In this document: piece by piece, positions 29,044 through 39,603 of the stretch
How the letters are laid out: every line of letters starts with the position of its first letter
How positions within the stretch are numbered: position 1 is the first letter of the stretch
NCBI GenBank assembly: GCA_016219015.1
Contig: JACRCL010000032.1
Span: 26,588 to 90,587, forward strand
Source of the DNA: Deltaproteobacteria bacterium
GTDB taxonomy: Bacteria; Desulfobacterota; GWC2-55-46
Direction: 5' to 3'
Length of the DNA stretch: 64,000 nucleotides
Program-made: the position numbers and the translations under genes
The notes under the pieces: generated by a model
Databases searched by the model: none
Seen by the model: only the letters and a program-made list of their open reading frames with translations
What the model was told of the DNA's origin: nothing

Positions 29044-29928
29044 TTGGACAAACGATTCCTTACGCTCTTCGTTCTTACAAACGACGCTTCCAGACCGAGG
29101 CAGCTGAGGATACCTTTCAAATTCCTCAAGGCCGGCGTAACCGCCGCCGTGCTCCTCTTCGCGGTCTTGACGTTCGTAGTATTCGACTACGCCAGGATAA
29201 GGACGCACAGCGTCGAGCGCTACGAGGTGCAGGGCTTCGCCTCTAAGATAAGAGAGCTTGAGTCCCAGATAGCCAAGCTCAGCAACTTCGACAGGAAGAT
29301 ACGCATAATCGCCAACATCGGGGATCCGAAAGGCGCGAAGGATACGGACGTCATGACGGGCATGGGCGGGGGCTCGCCCGCCGAGGACGAGGCGTACATG
29401 GACGGCGCCGCAAACGGCGGGGACCTCGTCGACAAGATGCGCTCCGATATAAAGGACCTCGAGGACAGGGCCGCCACGCAGGAGAAGAGCTTCACGGAAC
29501 TGCAGGGTTATCTGATGAAGCAGGCCTCTTTCCTCGCCTCGACCCCTTCGATATGGCCGTCGCGCGGGTGGGTCACCTCGACCTACGGGCAGAGGATATC
29601 ACCCTTTACCGGGAACCCGCAGATGCACAAGGGCATGGACATAGCCAACCGGATCGGCACGCCCATCGTCGCGTCCGCCGACGGGATAGTCGTTGCGGCG
29701 GGCCCGGACCCGGGGCTCGGAATGACGGTGGTAATATCGCACGGCTACGGGATAAAGACGGTCTACGGCCATCTCGACAAGGTCCTTGTCCACGCGGGGC
29801 AGAAGGTAAAGAGGGGCCTGGAGATAGCCACGATGGGCAATACGGGCCGCTCCACGGGCCCGCACCTACATTACGAGGTATCCCTGAACGGGGTGGCTGT
29901 AAACCCTTCAAGGTATATAATCAACTGA
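29044..29928 (+). CDS. M23 family peptidase
   Basis: TM plus coiled coil; HKGMD, GRSTGPHLHYEV. Confidence 0.92.
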   Translation: MDKRFLTLFVLTNDASRPRQLRIPFKFLKAGVTAAVLLFAVLTFVVFDYARIRTHSVERYEVQGFASKIRELESQIAKLSNFDRKIRIIANIGDPKGAKDTDVMTGMGGGSPAEDEAYMDGAANGGDLVDKMRSDIKDLEDRAATQEKSFTELQGYLMKQASFLASTPSIWPSRGWVTSTYGQRISPFTGNPQMHKGMDIANRIGTPIVASADGIVVAAGPDPGLGMTVVISHGYGIKTVYGHLDKVLVHAGQKVKRGLEIATMGNTGRSTGPHLHYEVSLNGVAVNPSRYIIN

Positions 29929-29964
29929 ATGCCGGGGGCGGAAAGCGCCCCCCGGTGACCGACG

Positions 29965-30000
29965 AAGCCCTGCGAAATGCCGATGCGGGGCTTTTTTTAT
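29965..30000 (+). terminator. Rho-independent terminator
   Basis: AAGCCCTGC...GCGGGGCTT stem followed by a T run; a second GC hairpin at 29931-29956. Confidence 0.6.
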
Positions 30001-30005
30001 TTTAA

Positions 30006-30145
30006 CAGGCTGCTGAAAACCGTTTTAGTACGTCATTCTGAGCGTAGCGAAGAATCCCAGAGCTGATAGAAACAACAAGTAACGGGATTCTTCGTCGCCT
30101 CCGGCTCCTCAGAATGACAACTTCGTGGACTTTTTGAGCGGCCTG
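30006..30145. mobile_element. Family-A shell carrying core B
   Basis: TTAA-CAGGCTGCTGAAAA ... GTCATTCTGAG..GAAGAATCCC..GGGATTCTTC..CTCAGAATGAC ... TTTTTGAGCGGCCTG. Confidence 0.85.
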
Positions 30146-30277
30146 TTTAAGGGTATTCGCGCCGTTTTTTTCCCTTTTAGCCTGTAGAAAATTCAGTATA
30201 ATTATGCTATTATGCTATATTGTGTTAAAATGCCCGGCAACATATACTTGGATGAAAGGATAATACCCGGACGATAA

Positions 30278-32998
30278 ATGTTAAATAATCTCCTGAAAAA
30301 GGTATTCGGCAGCAAGAACGAAAGGGAAGTAAAGAGGTTCCAGCCCATAGTGGAGAGGATAAACTCCCTTGAGCCGTCGATGAAGAATTTAAGCGACGAG
30401 GGCTTCCGGGACCTGACGAGAAAGTTCAGGGAAGAGCTCTCATCCGGCAAGACCCTCGACGACATACTCCCGGAGGCGTTCGCCGCCGTAAGGGAAGTGG
30501 CGTGGAGGAAGCTCCAGATGCGCCACTTCGACGTCCAGCTCATGGGCGGCATGGTCCTGCACGAGGGGAAGATCTCCGAGATGAAGACAGGCGAGGGCAA
30601 GACGCTCGTGGCCACCCTCCCTTTGTACCTTAACGCCCTTACCGGAAGAGGCGCCCACCTCGTCACCGTGAACGACTACCTGGCCAGGAGGGACAGCCAC
30701 TGGATGGGCGCGGTTTACCACGCCCTCGGCCTCTCGGTCGGGGTCATCCAGCACGAGGCGAGCTTCATCTACGACCCGGAGCACAGGGGGCAGGGGAGCT
30801 TCATCCACTTCAGGCCGACATCCAGGAAAGAGGCCTACAACGCCGATATCACCTACGGCACCAATAACGAGTTCGGCTTCGATTACCTGAGGGACAACAT
30901 GAAGTTCTCCCTCGAGGAGTACGTCCAGAGGGACCTCAACTACGCGATAGTGGACGAGGTAGACTCCATCCTCGTGGACGAGGCCCGCACCCCGCTTATC
31001 ATCTCCGGCCCCACCGAGGAATCGACCGATAAATATTACACGATAGACAGGATAATGCCGGGGCTCCAGAAAGAGCTCCATTATACGGTCGACGAGAAGG
31101 CCCGGCAGGTATTGATGACCGACGACGGAGTAATGAAGGTCGAGGAGCTCCTTGACATCGGCAACCTCTACGACCCGGAGAACATAGAAACGCTCCACCA
31201 CGTAAATCAGGCCCTGAGGGCGCACGTGCTCTTCCACAGGGACATAGACTACGTGGTGAAGGACGACCAGGTAATAATAGTCGATGAGTTCACGGGCCGG
31301 TTGATGCCGGGGCGGCGCTGGAGCGACGGGCTCCATCAGGCCGTCGAGGCGAAGGAGAAGGCGAAGATAGAGAACGAGAACCAGACGCTCGCCACCATCA
31401 CCTTCCAGAACTACTTCAGGATGTACGACAAGCTCGCCGGCATGACCGGCACGGCCGACACCGAGGCCGCCGAGTTCCATTCCATCTACAAGCTCGAGGT
31501 CCTTATCATCCCGACGAACAAGCCGATGTCGAGGACGGATACCATGGACCTCGTTTACAAGACCAAGAAGGAGAAGTTCAAGGCCGTGGTAAAGGAGATA
31601 GAGGACCTGCACAGGAAGGGCAGGCCCGTGCTCGTCGGCACCATCTCGATAGACGATTCCGAGAAGCTCGCCGCCATACTTACCCGGAACGGCATCCCGC
31701 ACCACGTGCTTAACGCCAAGCAGCACGAGCGCGAGGCCGAGATAGTCGCGCAGGCCGGGCGCCTCCGCGCCGTGACGATATCCACCAACATGGCGGGCAG
31801 GGGCACGGACATACTCCTCGGGGGCAACCCGGAGTACCTGGCCTCGGCGCGCGCCGGCAAGGACGACTCCACCGAAGAGTACCATCAGGCGCTCGAACGG
31901 GCCCGCGTCACGTGCGAGGAGGAGAAGCAAAAGGTCCTCGATCTCGGAGGGCTTCACATACTCGGCACCGAGAGGCACGAGTCCAGGCGCATAGACAACC
32001 AGTTGAGGGGCCGCGCCGGCCGCCAGGGCGACCCCGGCTCATCGAGGTTCTACCTATCGCTGGAGGACGACCTGCTGAGGATATTCGGCAGCGAAAGGAT
32101 AGCCTCCATCATGAGCAGGATCGGCATGGAGGAGGACGTGCCCATAGAGCACGGCCTCGTGTCAAAGGCCATAGAGAACGCGCAGAAGAAGGTCGAGGCG
32201 CACAACTTCGACATAAGGAAGCACCTGCTTGAGTACGACGACGTAATGAACCAGCAGAGGGAGGTCGTCTACGGGTACAGGAAGCAGATACTCTCCCATG
32301 CGGGCCTGAGGGAGATGGTAAGGGAGTTCAGCGTCGAGGTCGCCGAAGGCCTCGTCAATACCCATATAGAGGAGAAGGCGCACCCGGAGGAATGGGACCT
32401 GAAGGCATTGGGAGACGCCGTCCTCAACCAGTTCGGGGTCACCTTCGGCTCGAACGACTCGCATGAGGCTAACAGCAGGGAGGCCCTTGCCGAATCAATA
32501 GTGGAGAGGGCGTGGAAGGTCTACAACGACAAGGTCACGATGGTAGGGGACGAGCCCTTCGCGCAGTTCGAGAGGGTCATAATGCTCCATACGCTCGACA
32601 CCCTCTGGAAGGACCACCTCCTTTCGATGGACCACCTGAAGGGCGGGATAGGGCTGCGCGGTTACGGGCAGAAAGACCCTCTGCAGGAGTACAAGAAAGA
32701 GGGGTTCGACCTCTTTGTCGAGATGATATTCAGGCTGAAATCCGAGGTGACCGAGAGGCTCTTCAAGGTGCAGATAAAGAAGGAAGAGGAGGCCCAGGCC
32801 GAGGCGTCGAAGCCGATTGAGCCCAGGCCGAAGAGGCACGTAAACCAGAGAAAGCTTAAATATAGCCGCGGCGAGGAGGAGAAGGCCGAGGACAAGGAAC
32901 AGCCCGTCACAAGGCAGGGCGAAAAGGTCGGCAGGAACGACCCGTGCCCCTGCGGGAGCGGCAAGAAGTATAAGAGGTGCTGCGGGGCGACCGCCTGA
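30278..32998 (+). CDS. secA: Preprotein translocase ATPase SecA
   Basis: [25 protein letters not shown]-terminal [13 protein letters not shown]. Confidence 0.98.
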   Translation: MLNNLLKKVFGSKNEREVKRFQPIVERINSLEPSMKNLSDEGFRDLTRKFREELSSGKTLDDILPEAFAAVREVAWRKLQMRHFDVQLMGGMVLHEGKISEMKTGEGKTLVATLPLYLNALTGRGAHLVTVNDYLARRDSHWMGAVYHALGLSVGVIQHEASFIYDPEHRGQGSFIHFRPTSRKEAYNADITYGTNNEFGFDYLRDNMKFSLEEYVQRDLNYAIVDEVDSILVDEARTPLIISGPTEESTDKYYTIDRIMPGLQKELHYTVDEKARQVLMTDDGVMKVEELLDIGNLYDPENIETLHHVNQALRAHVLFHRDIDYVVKDDQVIIVDEFTGRLMPGRRWSDGLHQAVEAKEKAKIENENQTLATITFQNYFRMYDKLAGMTGTADTEAAEFHSIYKLEVLIIPTNKPMSRTDTMDLVYKTKKEKFKAVVKEIEDLHRKGRPVLVGTISIDDSEKLAAILTRNGIPHHVLNAKQHEREAEIVAQAGRLRAVTISTNMAGRGTDILLGGNPEYLASARAGKDDSTEEYHQALERARVTCEEEKQKVLDLGGLHILGTERHESRRIDNQLRGRAGRQGDPGSSRFYLSLEDDLLRIFGSERIASIMSRIGMEEDVPIEHGLVSKAIENAQKKVEAHNFDIRKHLLEYDDVMNQQREVVYGYRKQILSHAGLREMVREFSVEVAEGLVNTHIEEKAHPEEWDLKALGDAVLNQFGVTFGSNDSHEANSREALAESIVERAWKVYNDKVTMVGDEPFAQFERVIMLHTLDTLWKDHLLSMDHLKGGIGLRGYGQKDPLQEYKKEGFDLFVEMIFRLKSEVTERLFKVQIKKEEEAQAEASKPIEPRPKRHVNQRKLKYSRGEEEKAEDKEQPVTRQGEKVGRNDPCPCGSGKKYKRCCGATA

Positions 32999-33039
32999 CC
33001 TTCGCATAAATCCATTTCCCCCTGAAAGGCTTTAAAGAG

Positions 33040-34248
33040 ATGCCGCCGAAGAAGAAAAGACCTTCCGCCGAGTTCGCGGTGCCCGGCTTCAAGGCCGCGG
33101 GCATTGCCTGCGGCATCAAGAAGAACGGGAAAAAAGACCTCGCCCTTATATTGAGCGACGGACCCGCGAGCGTGGCCGGGCTTTTTACCACGAACAGCGT
33201 CAAGGCCGCCCCTGTGCTCCTTGACATGAAAAGGGTCAGAAAGGGCGTATCCAGAGGCGTCATAATAAACAGCGGGAACGCCAACGCGTGCACCGGCAAG
33301 CCCGGATACGAGGCTGCCGCCGCCATGGCTACACTGGCTGAGCGGGCCTCGGGCGCTAAAAAAGGCTCCATCATGGTCGCCTCCACCGGGGTCATCGGCG
33401 TGCCTTTCCCGATAAAGAAGGTCGAGGCCGGGATATCCTCACTCGTCGGGTCTTTAAGCTACTCGGGGATGAAGAGCGCGGCCGAGGCGATAATGACCAC
33501 CGACGCATTCATGAAAAAGGCGTCCGCAAAGGTCAATATCAACGGCAGGAAGGTGACCATAGCCGGGATAGCCAAGGGCGCGGGCATGATATGCCCCGAC
33601 ATGGCGACGATGCTCGCCTTTTTCGCGACCGACGCGGAGATAAAGGCCCCGGCCCTCAGGAAGGCGCTCAAGCTCGCCGCGGACGCCTCGTTCAACAGCA
33701 TAATAGTGGACAACGACACCTCTACCAACGATACCGTCATGGCCTTCGCCAACGGCTGTTCGGGATGCGGGGAAATAAGGCCCGGCACAAAGGAGTTCGC
33801 GGCGTTCGAGCGCGCGTTAAGGTCCGTCTCGCTTGATCTTGCCCACATGATAGTCAGGGACGGCGAGGGGGCCACGCGCTTTATCGAGATAGACTTGAAG
33901 GGCGCGGCCTCGGTTGCCTCCGCCCGGAAGGCCGCGAGGACGATAGCCGAGTCCTTCCTCGTCAAGACCGCCTTTTTCGGGGGAGACCCGAACTGGGGCA
34001 GGATATTGGCCGCCCTCGGCAGGTCCGGTGTAAGGATGAGGGAGGAGAAGGTAGATATCTCCCTGAACGGGGTCCAGGTAGTGAAGAAGGGGCTCGACAC
34101 GGGCAGGGAGCGGGAGGCCGCGAAGGCGATGAAGGAAAAAGAGGTCAGTGTCTCGGTAGCCCTGAATATCGGGCGGCACTCCGCAAAACTCTGGACCTCC
34201 GACCTTTCTTTCGAGTACGTTAGGATAAACTCGGCGTACAGGACTTAA
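33040..34248 (+). CDS. argJ: Ornithine acetyltransferase ArgJ
   Basis: NSGNANACTG, KGAGMICPDMATML, DTSTND, DGEGAT. Confidence 0.96.
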   Translation: MPPKKKRPSAEFAVPGFKAAGIACGIKKNGKKDLALILSDGPASVAGLFTTNSVKAAPVLLDMKRVRKGVSRGVIINSGNANACTGKPGYEAAAAMATLAERASGAKKGSIMVASTGVIGVPFPIKKVEAGISSLVGSLSYSGMKSAAEAIMTTDAFMKKASAKVNINGRKVTIAGIAKGAGMICPDMATMLAFFATDAEIKAPALRKALKLAADASFNSIIVDNDTSTNDTVMAFANGCSGCGEIRPGTKEFAAFERALRSVSLDLAHMIVRDGEGATRFIEIDLKGAASVASARKAARTIAESFLVKTAFFGGDPNWGRILAALGRSGVRMREEKVDISLNGVQVVKKGLDTGREREAAKAMKEKEVSVSVALNIGRHSAKLWTSDLSFEYVRINSAYRT

Positions 34249-34259
34249 AGGAGGTATTT

Positions 34260-34682
34260 ATGGAGCTTCTCTTCAAAGAGGCCGACAGGTGGCTCAGGCA
34301 GGCGGAATACGACCTGAAGGCCGCGGAATGGAACCAGCAGGGCGGCTTTTTCGCCCCGGCCTGCTTCCTCGCGCAGCAGAGCGCGGCTAAATCGCTCAGG
34401 GCTTTTCTCTTCCTCAACAGGGAGGACGCGAGGGAGACAAGGTCGGTAGCCGACCTCCTCGACAGGGCGATGACCTATGAGGAAGAGTTCGGCAAGTTCG
34501 CGGGCACGTCCAAGGGCCTCGACCTTTACTACAAGACCTCGCGCTTCCCGGACGCGCTTCCGGGCGGGATACCCGCCGAGATAATATCCGGGAAAGACTC
34601 GCGGGACGCCATAAAGCAGGCTTCGGACATAATCTCGATAGTCGAGAAGAAGAGGAAGGGCTATCTCCCTGAGACCCTGTAA
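34260..34682 (+). CDS. HEPN domain protein
   Basis: WLRQAEYDLKAA, ACFLAQQSAAKSLRA, YYKTSRFPD. Confidence 0.85.
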   Translation: MELLFKEADRWLRQAEYDLKAAEWNQQGGFFAPACFLAQQSAAKSLRAFLFLNREDARETRSVADLLDRAMTYEEEFGKFAGTSKGLDLYYKTSRFPDALPGGIPAEIISGKDSRDAIKQASDIISIVEKKRKGYLPETL

Positions 34683-34735
34683 AGGGGACGGCGCAAGGCC
34701 GGGTTCCTTCAAAGCCGTAAACATGGCGGTCATAG

Positions 34736-35515
34736 ATGGGTGATAAGTTTGTGCTGATCCTGCCTTTTGTCTTCGGGGCCGTGATAGGCAGTTTCCTGAA
34801 CGTCTGCATCTACCGTATCCCGATAGGGCTTTCGATAGTCTCTCCCCCCTCGAAGTGCCCTTCCTGCGGCAGGAACATCCCTTTCTACTATAATATACCC
34901 ATCATAAGCTACGTCGTCCTTATGGGCAGGTGCGGGCTTTGCGGGGCGCCGATTTCCCCCAGGTACCTTCTCGTGGAGTCCTTCACGGGCCTTGCCGCCG
35001 TATCGCTCTTCCTGAAGTTCGGCCCCTCCTTTGAGCTGCTGGCCTATTTCGTCTTCGTCTCATCCCTTATCGTGGTCACATTCATAGACCTCAAATACCA
35101 GATAATACCGGACGTGATAAGCCTGCCGGGCATAGCCGTGGGCCTTGCCGCGTCCTTTTTCATCCCTTCCGTGAATTTCCTCAACTCGTTCATCGGCATA
35201 CTCGCCGGGGGCGGGGTGCTCTTCGGGATAGCCACGGCTTACTACCTCCTTACCGGCAAGGAGGGTATGGGCGGCGGGGACGTGAAGCTGCTCGGGATGA
35301 TTGGGGCCTTCCTCGGGTGGAAGGGCGTTATAGTAACGCTCCTTTTAGGCTCTTTTCTCGGGGCCGTTATAGGGTCGTTCATAATGCTCCTTTCCGGAAA
35401 GGGGAGCAGGCACCCGATACCCTTCGGCCCGTTCCTCGCCATCGGGGCGGCCGCGCACCTTTTCTTGGGCGAGGAGCTTATAAGGTGGTACATAGTTACG
35501 GCCGTCGGGGCCTGA
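34736..35515 (+). CDS. pilD: Prepilin peptidase/N-methyltransferase
   Basis: GSFLNVCIYRIP, CPSC/CGLC, MGGGDVKL, IPFGPFL. Confidence 0.95.
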   Translation: MGDKFVLILPFVFGAVIGSFLNVCIYRIPIGLSIVSPPSKCPSCGRNIPFYYNIPIISYVVLMGRCGLCGAPISPRYLLVESFTGLAAVSLFLKFGPSFELLAYFVFVSSLIVVTFIDLKYQIIPDVISLPGIAVGLAASFFIPSVNFLNSFIGILAGGGVLFGIATAYYLLTGKEGMGGGDVKLLGMIGAFLGWKGVIVTLLLGSFLGAVIGSFIMLLSGKGSRHPIPFGPFLAIGAAAHLFLGEELIRWYIVTAVGA

Positions 35516-35572
35516 GGCCGGGGTGCTATAACCTATGGACAACCTTTATTTTTTAAACGCCGGTTCACGGTC

Positions 35573-37135
35573 ATGAGATATACCCTCGGCATACGGGCGC
35601 AGCTCATAGCCGGCATAGTGCTTACGACCCTTGCCGGCATAGGGCTTATCGGCATCCTGAGCATAAAGATAGTCGAGAACAGCGCCGTCTACTCGAAAGC
35701 ACGCGAGGCCGGGTCCATCGCGCGGTTCGCATCGCTGTCCTCGCGCCTTGCGGCCCCCCTGAACGACCCGTCCGCTCCGGTCAGGTCAATAGGGGCCGTG
35801 CTGAAGGGCTACGGGGTATCTGATTTCAGGGTCGTTGACGCCTCCGGGAAGGTCTTATCAAAGGAAGGGGTGCTGCCGATAGAGGCCGGCGAGCGCCTGC
35901 CGTACGCGGGGGATATGACCATAAGGAAGGCCGGCGTAGGGTTCCTGAAAGGCCCGGGAGAGGCGCTTTTGATAACGGCCCCGCTGAGCGCTCCAGGCAG
36001 GGCGACACTCGAGTTCTCCATGCCGCTCGGCGGGATAAAGGAGGAGATGGCGGGGATAAAAAGGTTCCTCCTCCTCTACGCCGCGCTCGACTCGGTAGTC
36101 ATAATCGTCTTCGGCGTCTTTTTCCTCTCGCGCTCGATAGTCAGCCCGATAAGCAAACTTACGGACGCGGCCATGCGAATATCCGGCGGGGACCTGAGCG
36201 AAAGGGCCGAGGTCGCGGCCGATAACGAAATCGGCAGCCTCGCGTCGTCGTTCAATATCATGGCCGACAGGCTCGAGGACGAGATAAAGAGCCTCGAGAG
36301 GGTCAACAAGGAGCTCGTGACCGCGCAGGAGGAACTGCTGAGGTCGTCCACGCTGGCCGTGGTCGGCAGGCTTGCCGCGGGCATAGCCCACGAGATAGGC
36401 AACCCGCTCGGCGCCGTGAGGGGCTACCTCGACATACTCTCCAGGGGCCTCCCGGACAGGGACGAGGAAAAAGAGATAGTGGAAAGGACCATAAAAGAGG
36501 TATCCCGGATAGACTTCATCGTAAGGGAGTTCCTCGAGGTATCGAGGCCGGCGCTCAGGTCTTCAGGGGCGGTGGACGTGAACAGGCTCCTCGAAGAGAC
36601 GGTATCGACGATAACCGTCCACAGGGACTTGAGCGGCATAGAGATAAGGACCGCGCTCAATGAAGGGCTGCCGCCGGTGGTCATGGACGAAAGGAAGCTC
36701 AGGCAGGTATTCATGAACCTCCTTGTAAACGCCGCGCACTCGTTCGAAGGAAAGGCCCAATCCCGATCAAATGACAGGCTCATCACCATAGAGTCCGGCC
36801 TCTTTAAAAAGCAGATAGAGAGGCCGCGCGTAAGGAGGAGGAGGGGGGACACCCCGCTTACGGCCCCGCCGGAGATCGAGGACAGGGAGTTCGTGTTCAT
36901 AAGGTTCACGGACACCGGCGCCGGGATAAGCGGGGAGGGGGCCGGGAGGATATTCGAGCCCTTCTATACCACGAAGGCCCCGGGCCAGGGCACGGGGCTC
37001 GGGCTTTTCGTCTCGCAGTCGATAATAAAGGCCTACGGCGGAGAGATAACGCTTCATACCAAAGAGGGCGAGGGGTCGAGCTTTACCGTATTGCTCCCCC
37101 CCGGAGAGGGCCATGAAGATACTCATAATAGATGA
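35573..37135 (+). CDS. NtrB/PilS-like sensor histidine kinase
   Basis: Two TM, HAMP, GIAHEIGNPL, FYTTK..GTGLGL. Confidence 0.92.
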   Translation: MRYTLGIRAQLIAGIVLTTLAGIGLIGILSIKIVENSAVYSKAREAGSIARFASLSSRLAAPLNDPSAPVRSIGAVLKGYGVSDFRVVDASGKVLSKEGVLPIEAGERLPYAGDMTIRKAGVGFLKGPGEALLITAPLSAPGRATLEFSMPLGGIKEEMAGIKRFLLLYAALDSVVIIVFGVFFLSRSIVSPISKLTDAAMRISGGDLSERAEVAADNEIGSLASSFNIMADRLEDEIKSLERVNKELVTAQEELLRSSTLAVVGRLAAGIAHEIGNPLGAVRGYLDILSRGLPDRDEEKEIVERTIKEVSRIDFIVREFLEVSRPALRSSGAVDVNRLLEETVSTITVHRDLSGIEIRTALNEGLPPVVMDERKLRQVFMNLLVNAAHSFEGKAQSRSNDRLITIESGLFKKQIERPRVRRRRGDTPLTAPPEIEDREFVFIRFTDTGAGISGEGAGRIFEPFYTTKAPGQGTGLGLFVSQSIIKAYGGEITLHTKEGEGSSFTVLLPPGEGHEDTHNR

Positions 37136-38474
37136 CGAAGAGTCGATGCGCCACATGCTCTCGGTCATCCTCAAGAGGGAGGGCTACTCGACCGTAGCCA
37201 TGCCGGACGCGAAGAAGGCCCTCGACGTGCTCGAAGGGGATGACTTCGATTTCATACTATGCGACATAAAGATGCCTGGCATGGACGGGATCGAGTTCCT
37301 CAAAGCCCTGAAGGAGCGCGGCGCGAACCATACCGTCATAATGATGTCGGCCTACGGGACCATGGACAACGCCATAGAGTGCATGAAGCTCGGCGCGTAC
37401 GACTACATATCGAAGCCCTTCAAGGCCGACGAGATAATACTGACGGTAAAAAAGGCGGAGGAGAGGGAGAGGCTCAAGAAAGAGAACCTGAGGCTCAGGG
37501 AGGAAACGCTTGCCGACTATGACATAAGGAATATATTTACCGAAGATGAAAAGATGCTCGACGTCCTCGGTCTGGTGAAAAAGGTCTCGGACTACTCGAC
37601 CTCCGTCCTCATAACCGGCGAGAGCGGCACGGGCAAGGAGCTTGTGGCCAGGGCCATACACTACAGCGGCAACCGCGCCGCCAGGCCCTTCGTGGTGGTC
37701 AACTGCGGGGCGATACCCGGTGCGTTGCTGGAAAGCGAGCTTTTCGGCCACGTAAAGGGCGCGTTCACCGACGCCCACCGGAACAAGGCGGGCCTCTTCC
37801 AGGAGGCCGACAGCGGCACGATCTTCCTCGACGAGGTCGGGGAACTGCCGATGGAGCTGCAGGTGAAGCTCCTCCGCGTCCTGCAGGAAGGCGAGATAAG
37901 GAGGGTGGGGGATACCCGGCCCGTAAAGTTGGATACGAGGGTCGTCGCCGCCACGCTGAAGGACCTGAGGGAGGAGATTAAAAAAGGGACTTTCAGGGAA
38001 GACCTCTTCTACAGGTTGAACGTCATAGAGATAAAGCTCCCCCCCTTGAGGGAAAGGGCCTCTGATATACCGGCCCTCGCGGCGCACTTCGTCGAGAAGT
38101 ACGCGAAGAAGTTCGGCAAGCCCGCCAAGAGGCTTTCTGAAGAAGTGCTCGAAACTCTTGCCCGCCACGACTGGCCCGGCAACGTCCGCGAGCTCGAAAA
38201 CGTCATAGAAAGGGCGATGATACTCGAAGAGACCGATACCATCAGGAACAGGTCCCTCCCCATGACAGGCCGGGAGCCTTCCTTCCACTCCCCCCGCTCC
38301 CCCCACTCCCCACACTCCAATGACCTCTCCATAAAGAAGGCCGAGGAGGCTATCGAAAAAGAGCTTATAAGAAAGGCACTGGAGAAGACCGGCAACAACA
38401 AGACCAGGGCCGCCGAGATCCTCGAGATAAGCCACAGGGCCCTCCTCTACAAGATAAAAAATTACGGACTATGA
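37113..38474 (+). CDS. sigma54-dependent response regulator (NtrC/PilR-like)
   Basis: Receiver domain, GESGTGKE, GAFTDA, WPGNVREL, Fis-type HTH. Confidence 0.94.
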   Translation: MKILIIDDEESMRHMLSVILKREGYSTVAMPDAKKALDVLEGDDFDFILCDIKMPGMDGIEFLKALKERGANHTVIMMSAYGTMDNAIECMKLGAYDYISKPFKADEIILTVKKAEERERLKKENLRLREETLADYDIRNIFTEDEKMLDVLGLVKKVSDYSTSVLITGESGTGKELVARAIHYSGNRAARPFVVVNCGAIPGALLESELFGHVKGAFTDAHRNKAGLFQEADSGTIFLDEVGELPMELQVKLLRVLQEGEIRRVGDTRPVKLDTRVVAATLKDLREEIKKGTFREDLFYRLNVIEIKLPPLRERASDIPALAAHFVEKYAKKFGKPAKRLSEEVLETLARHDWPGNVRELENVIERAMILEETDTIRNRSLPMTGREPSFHSPRSPHSPHSNDLSIKKAEEAIEKELIRKALEKTGNNKTRAAEILEISHRALLYKIKNYGL

Positions 38475-38539
38475 AAAAAGTATCGGGTTTATGACACCTC
38501 CTGAAAATGGGAGTGTAATATAATCAGGTACTTACCTTT

Positions 38540-38555
38540 TGGCACGGGTATTGCT
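38540..38555 (+). promoter_or_regulatory. sigma54 (-24/-12) promoter of the minor-pilin cluster
   Basis: TGGCAC-GGGTA-TTGCT matches TGGCAC-N5-TTGCW; 24 nt before the ATG; adjacent activator gene. Confidence 0.88.
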
Positions 38556-38579
38556 AAATATCATTGCAGAGGTATATCC

Positions 38580-39059
38580 ATGGCTAAAAGCTCTCAAAAA
38601 GGATTTTCGATAGCAGAGATACTTGTAGTGATGGGGCTGGCCGCCACCATTATCGCCATCGGCGCCCCGGCCCTCATAAGAGAGATGTCGCACCTGCGCC
38701 TCAAGAGGTCGGTCATGGACGTATCTACGGAGCTGAACGCCGCGAGGATGAAGGCGATAGCTAATAACACCAAGTACAGGGTCGAGTTCACATTGAACGC
38801 GGCCCCCACGCCCGACACGTTCAAGCTCGCGTACTACGATACGGGCACGAGCACATGGGTGCCCGACCCGAAGCACGCCACGAAGGGTGTAGAGCCGGGC
38901 ATTGACATAACCTCCCCGAACGCGGACTTTCAGGTGGAGTTCTACCCCACGGGCACTGGCACGAACAAGGATATATGCCTTCAGAACACCGCGACAGACA
39001 GGATGAAGGTCAGCGTGGAATTCGCGGTGGGCAAGATAACGGTCGATACAGGCTGCTAA
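38580..39059 (+). CDS. Minor pilin FimT/FimU-like
   Basis: KG|FSIAE class III signal; ELNAARMKAI; Cys pair near the C-terminus. Confidence 0.85.
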   Translation: MAKSSQKGFSIAEILVVMGLAATIIAIGAPALIREMSHLRLKRSVMDVSTELNAARMKAIANNTKYRVEFTLNAAPTPDTFKLAYYDTGTSTWVPDPKHATKGVEPGIDITSPNADFQVEFYPTGTGTNKDICLQNTATDRMKVSVEFAVGKITVDTGC

Positions 39060-39071
39060 AAAGAGGCTGCC

Positions 39072-39578
39072 GTGAAGATGGCACTGGACAGAAAAGGTTT
39101 TACGCTCATAGAGGTCCTCATAGCCATAACTCTCCTGAGCATCGGTATACTCGGGATCGCCGGGCTCGCGGGCACCGCCATAAAATCATCCGGCTACAGC
39201 CAGGCCATCACCCAGGCCAATAACCTCGCCCAGGAGAAGGTCGAGGCCCTCCTGAGCGTTGATTACAACAACATCCAGGCGACCGACACGACCACGGGCA
39301 ATTCGGCCCTTTGGAGGACCTGCGCGCAGACAGGTTTCGCGGCCAACAGGCCCGAATTCACCTGCACGCCGACCACGGCCACCGTGACCTCGCTCGGCAA
39401 GCCGTTCACATGGTCTTACAAGGTCACCTACATAGACCTTGACGGCGACAACATCGCGAACGCGAGCGTTGACGGGCTTAAAAGGATAGACCTGACGGTC
39501 TCATGGACCGACATACTCTGGCACACGACCAAGAACGTTACGATTGTGAGCTTAAGGAGCAGGGACTTCATCGAATAG
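39072..39578 (+). CDS. pilV: Minor pilin PilV
   Basis: KG|FTLIEVLIA; QANNLAQEKVE; LTVSW. Confidence 0.82.
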   Translation: MKMALDRKGFTLIEVLIAITLLSIGILGIAGLAGTAIKSSGYSQAITQANNLAQEKVEALLSVDYNNIQATDTTTGNSALWRTCAQTGFAANRPEFTCTPTTATVTSLGKPFTWSYKVTYIDLDGDNIANASVDGLKRIDLTVSWTDILWHTTKNVTIVSLRSRDFIE

Positions 39579-39603
39579 CGCGACCTCAAAGACGGGGGAA
39601 GAT

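Noticed and set aside
4889..30145. Recurring family-A repeats as a CRISPR array
   Set aside because: Copies are dispersed, in both orientations, with TIRs and target duplications; no regular spacers and no cas genes
39049..39063. CAGGCTGCTAAAAAG resembling the family-A TIR at the end of the FimT-like gene
   Set aside because: It encodes the terminal TGC-stop, whose Cys probably forms the pilin disulfide; no YTAR before it and no partner TIR
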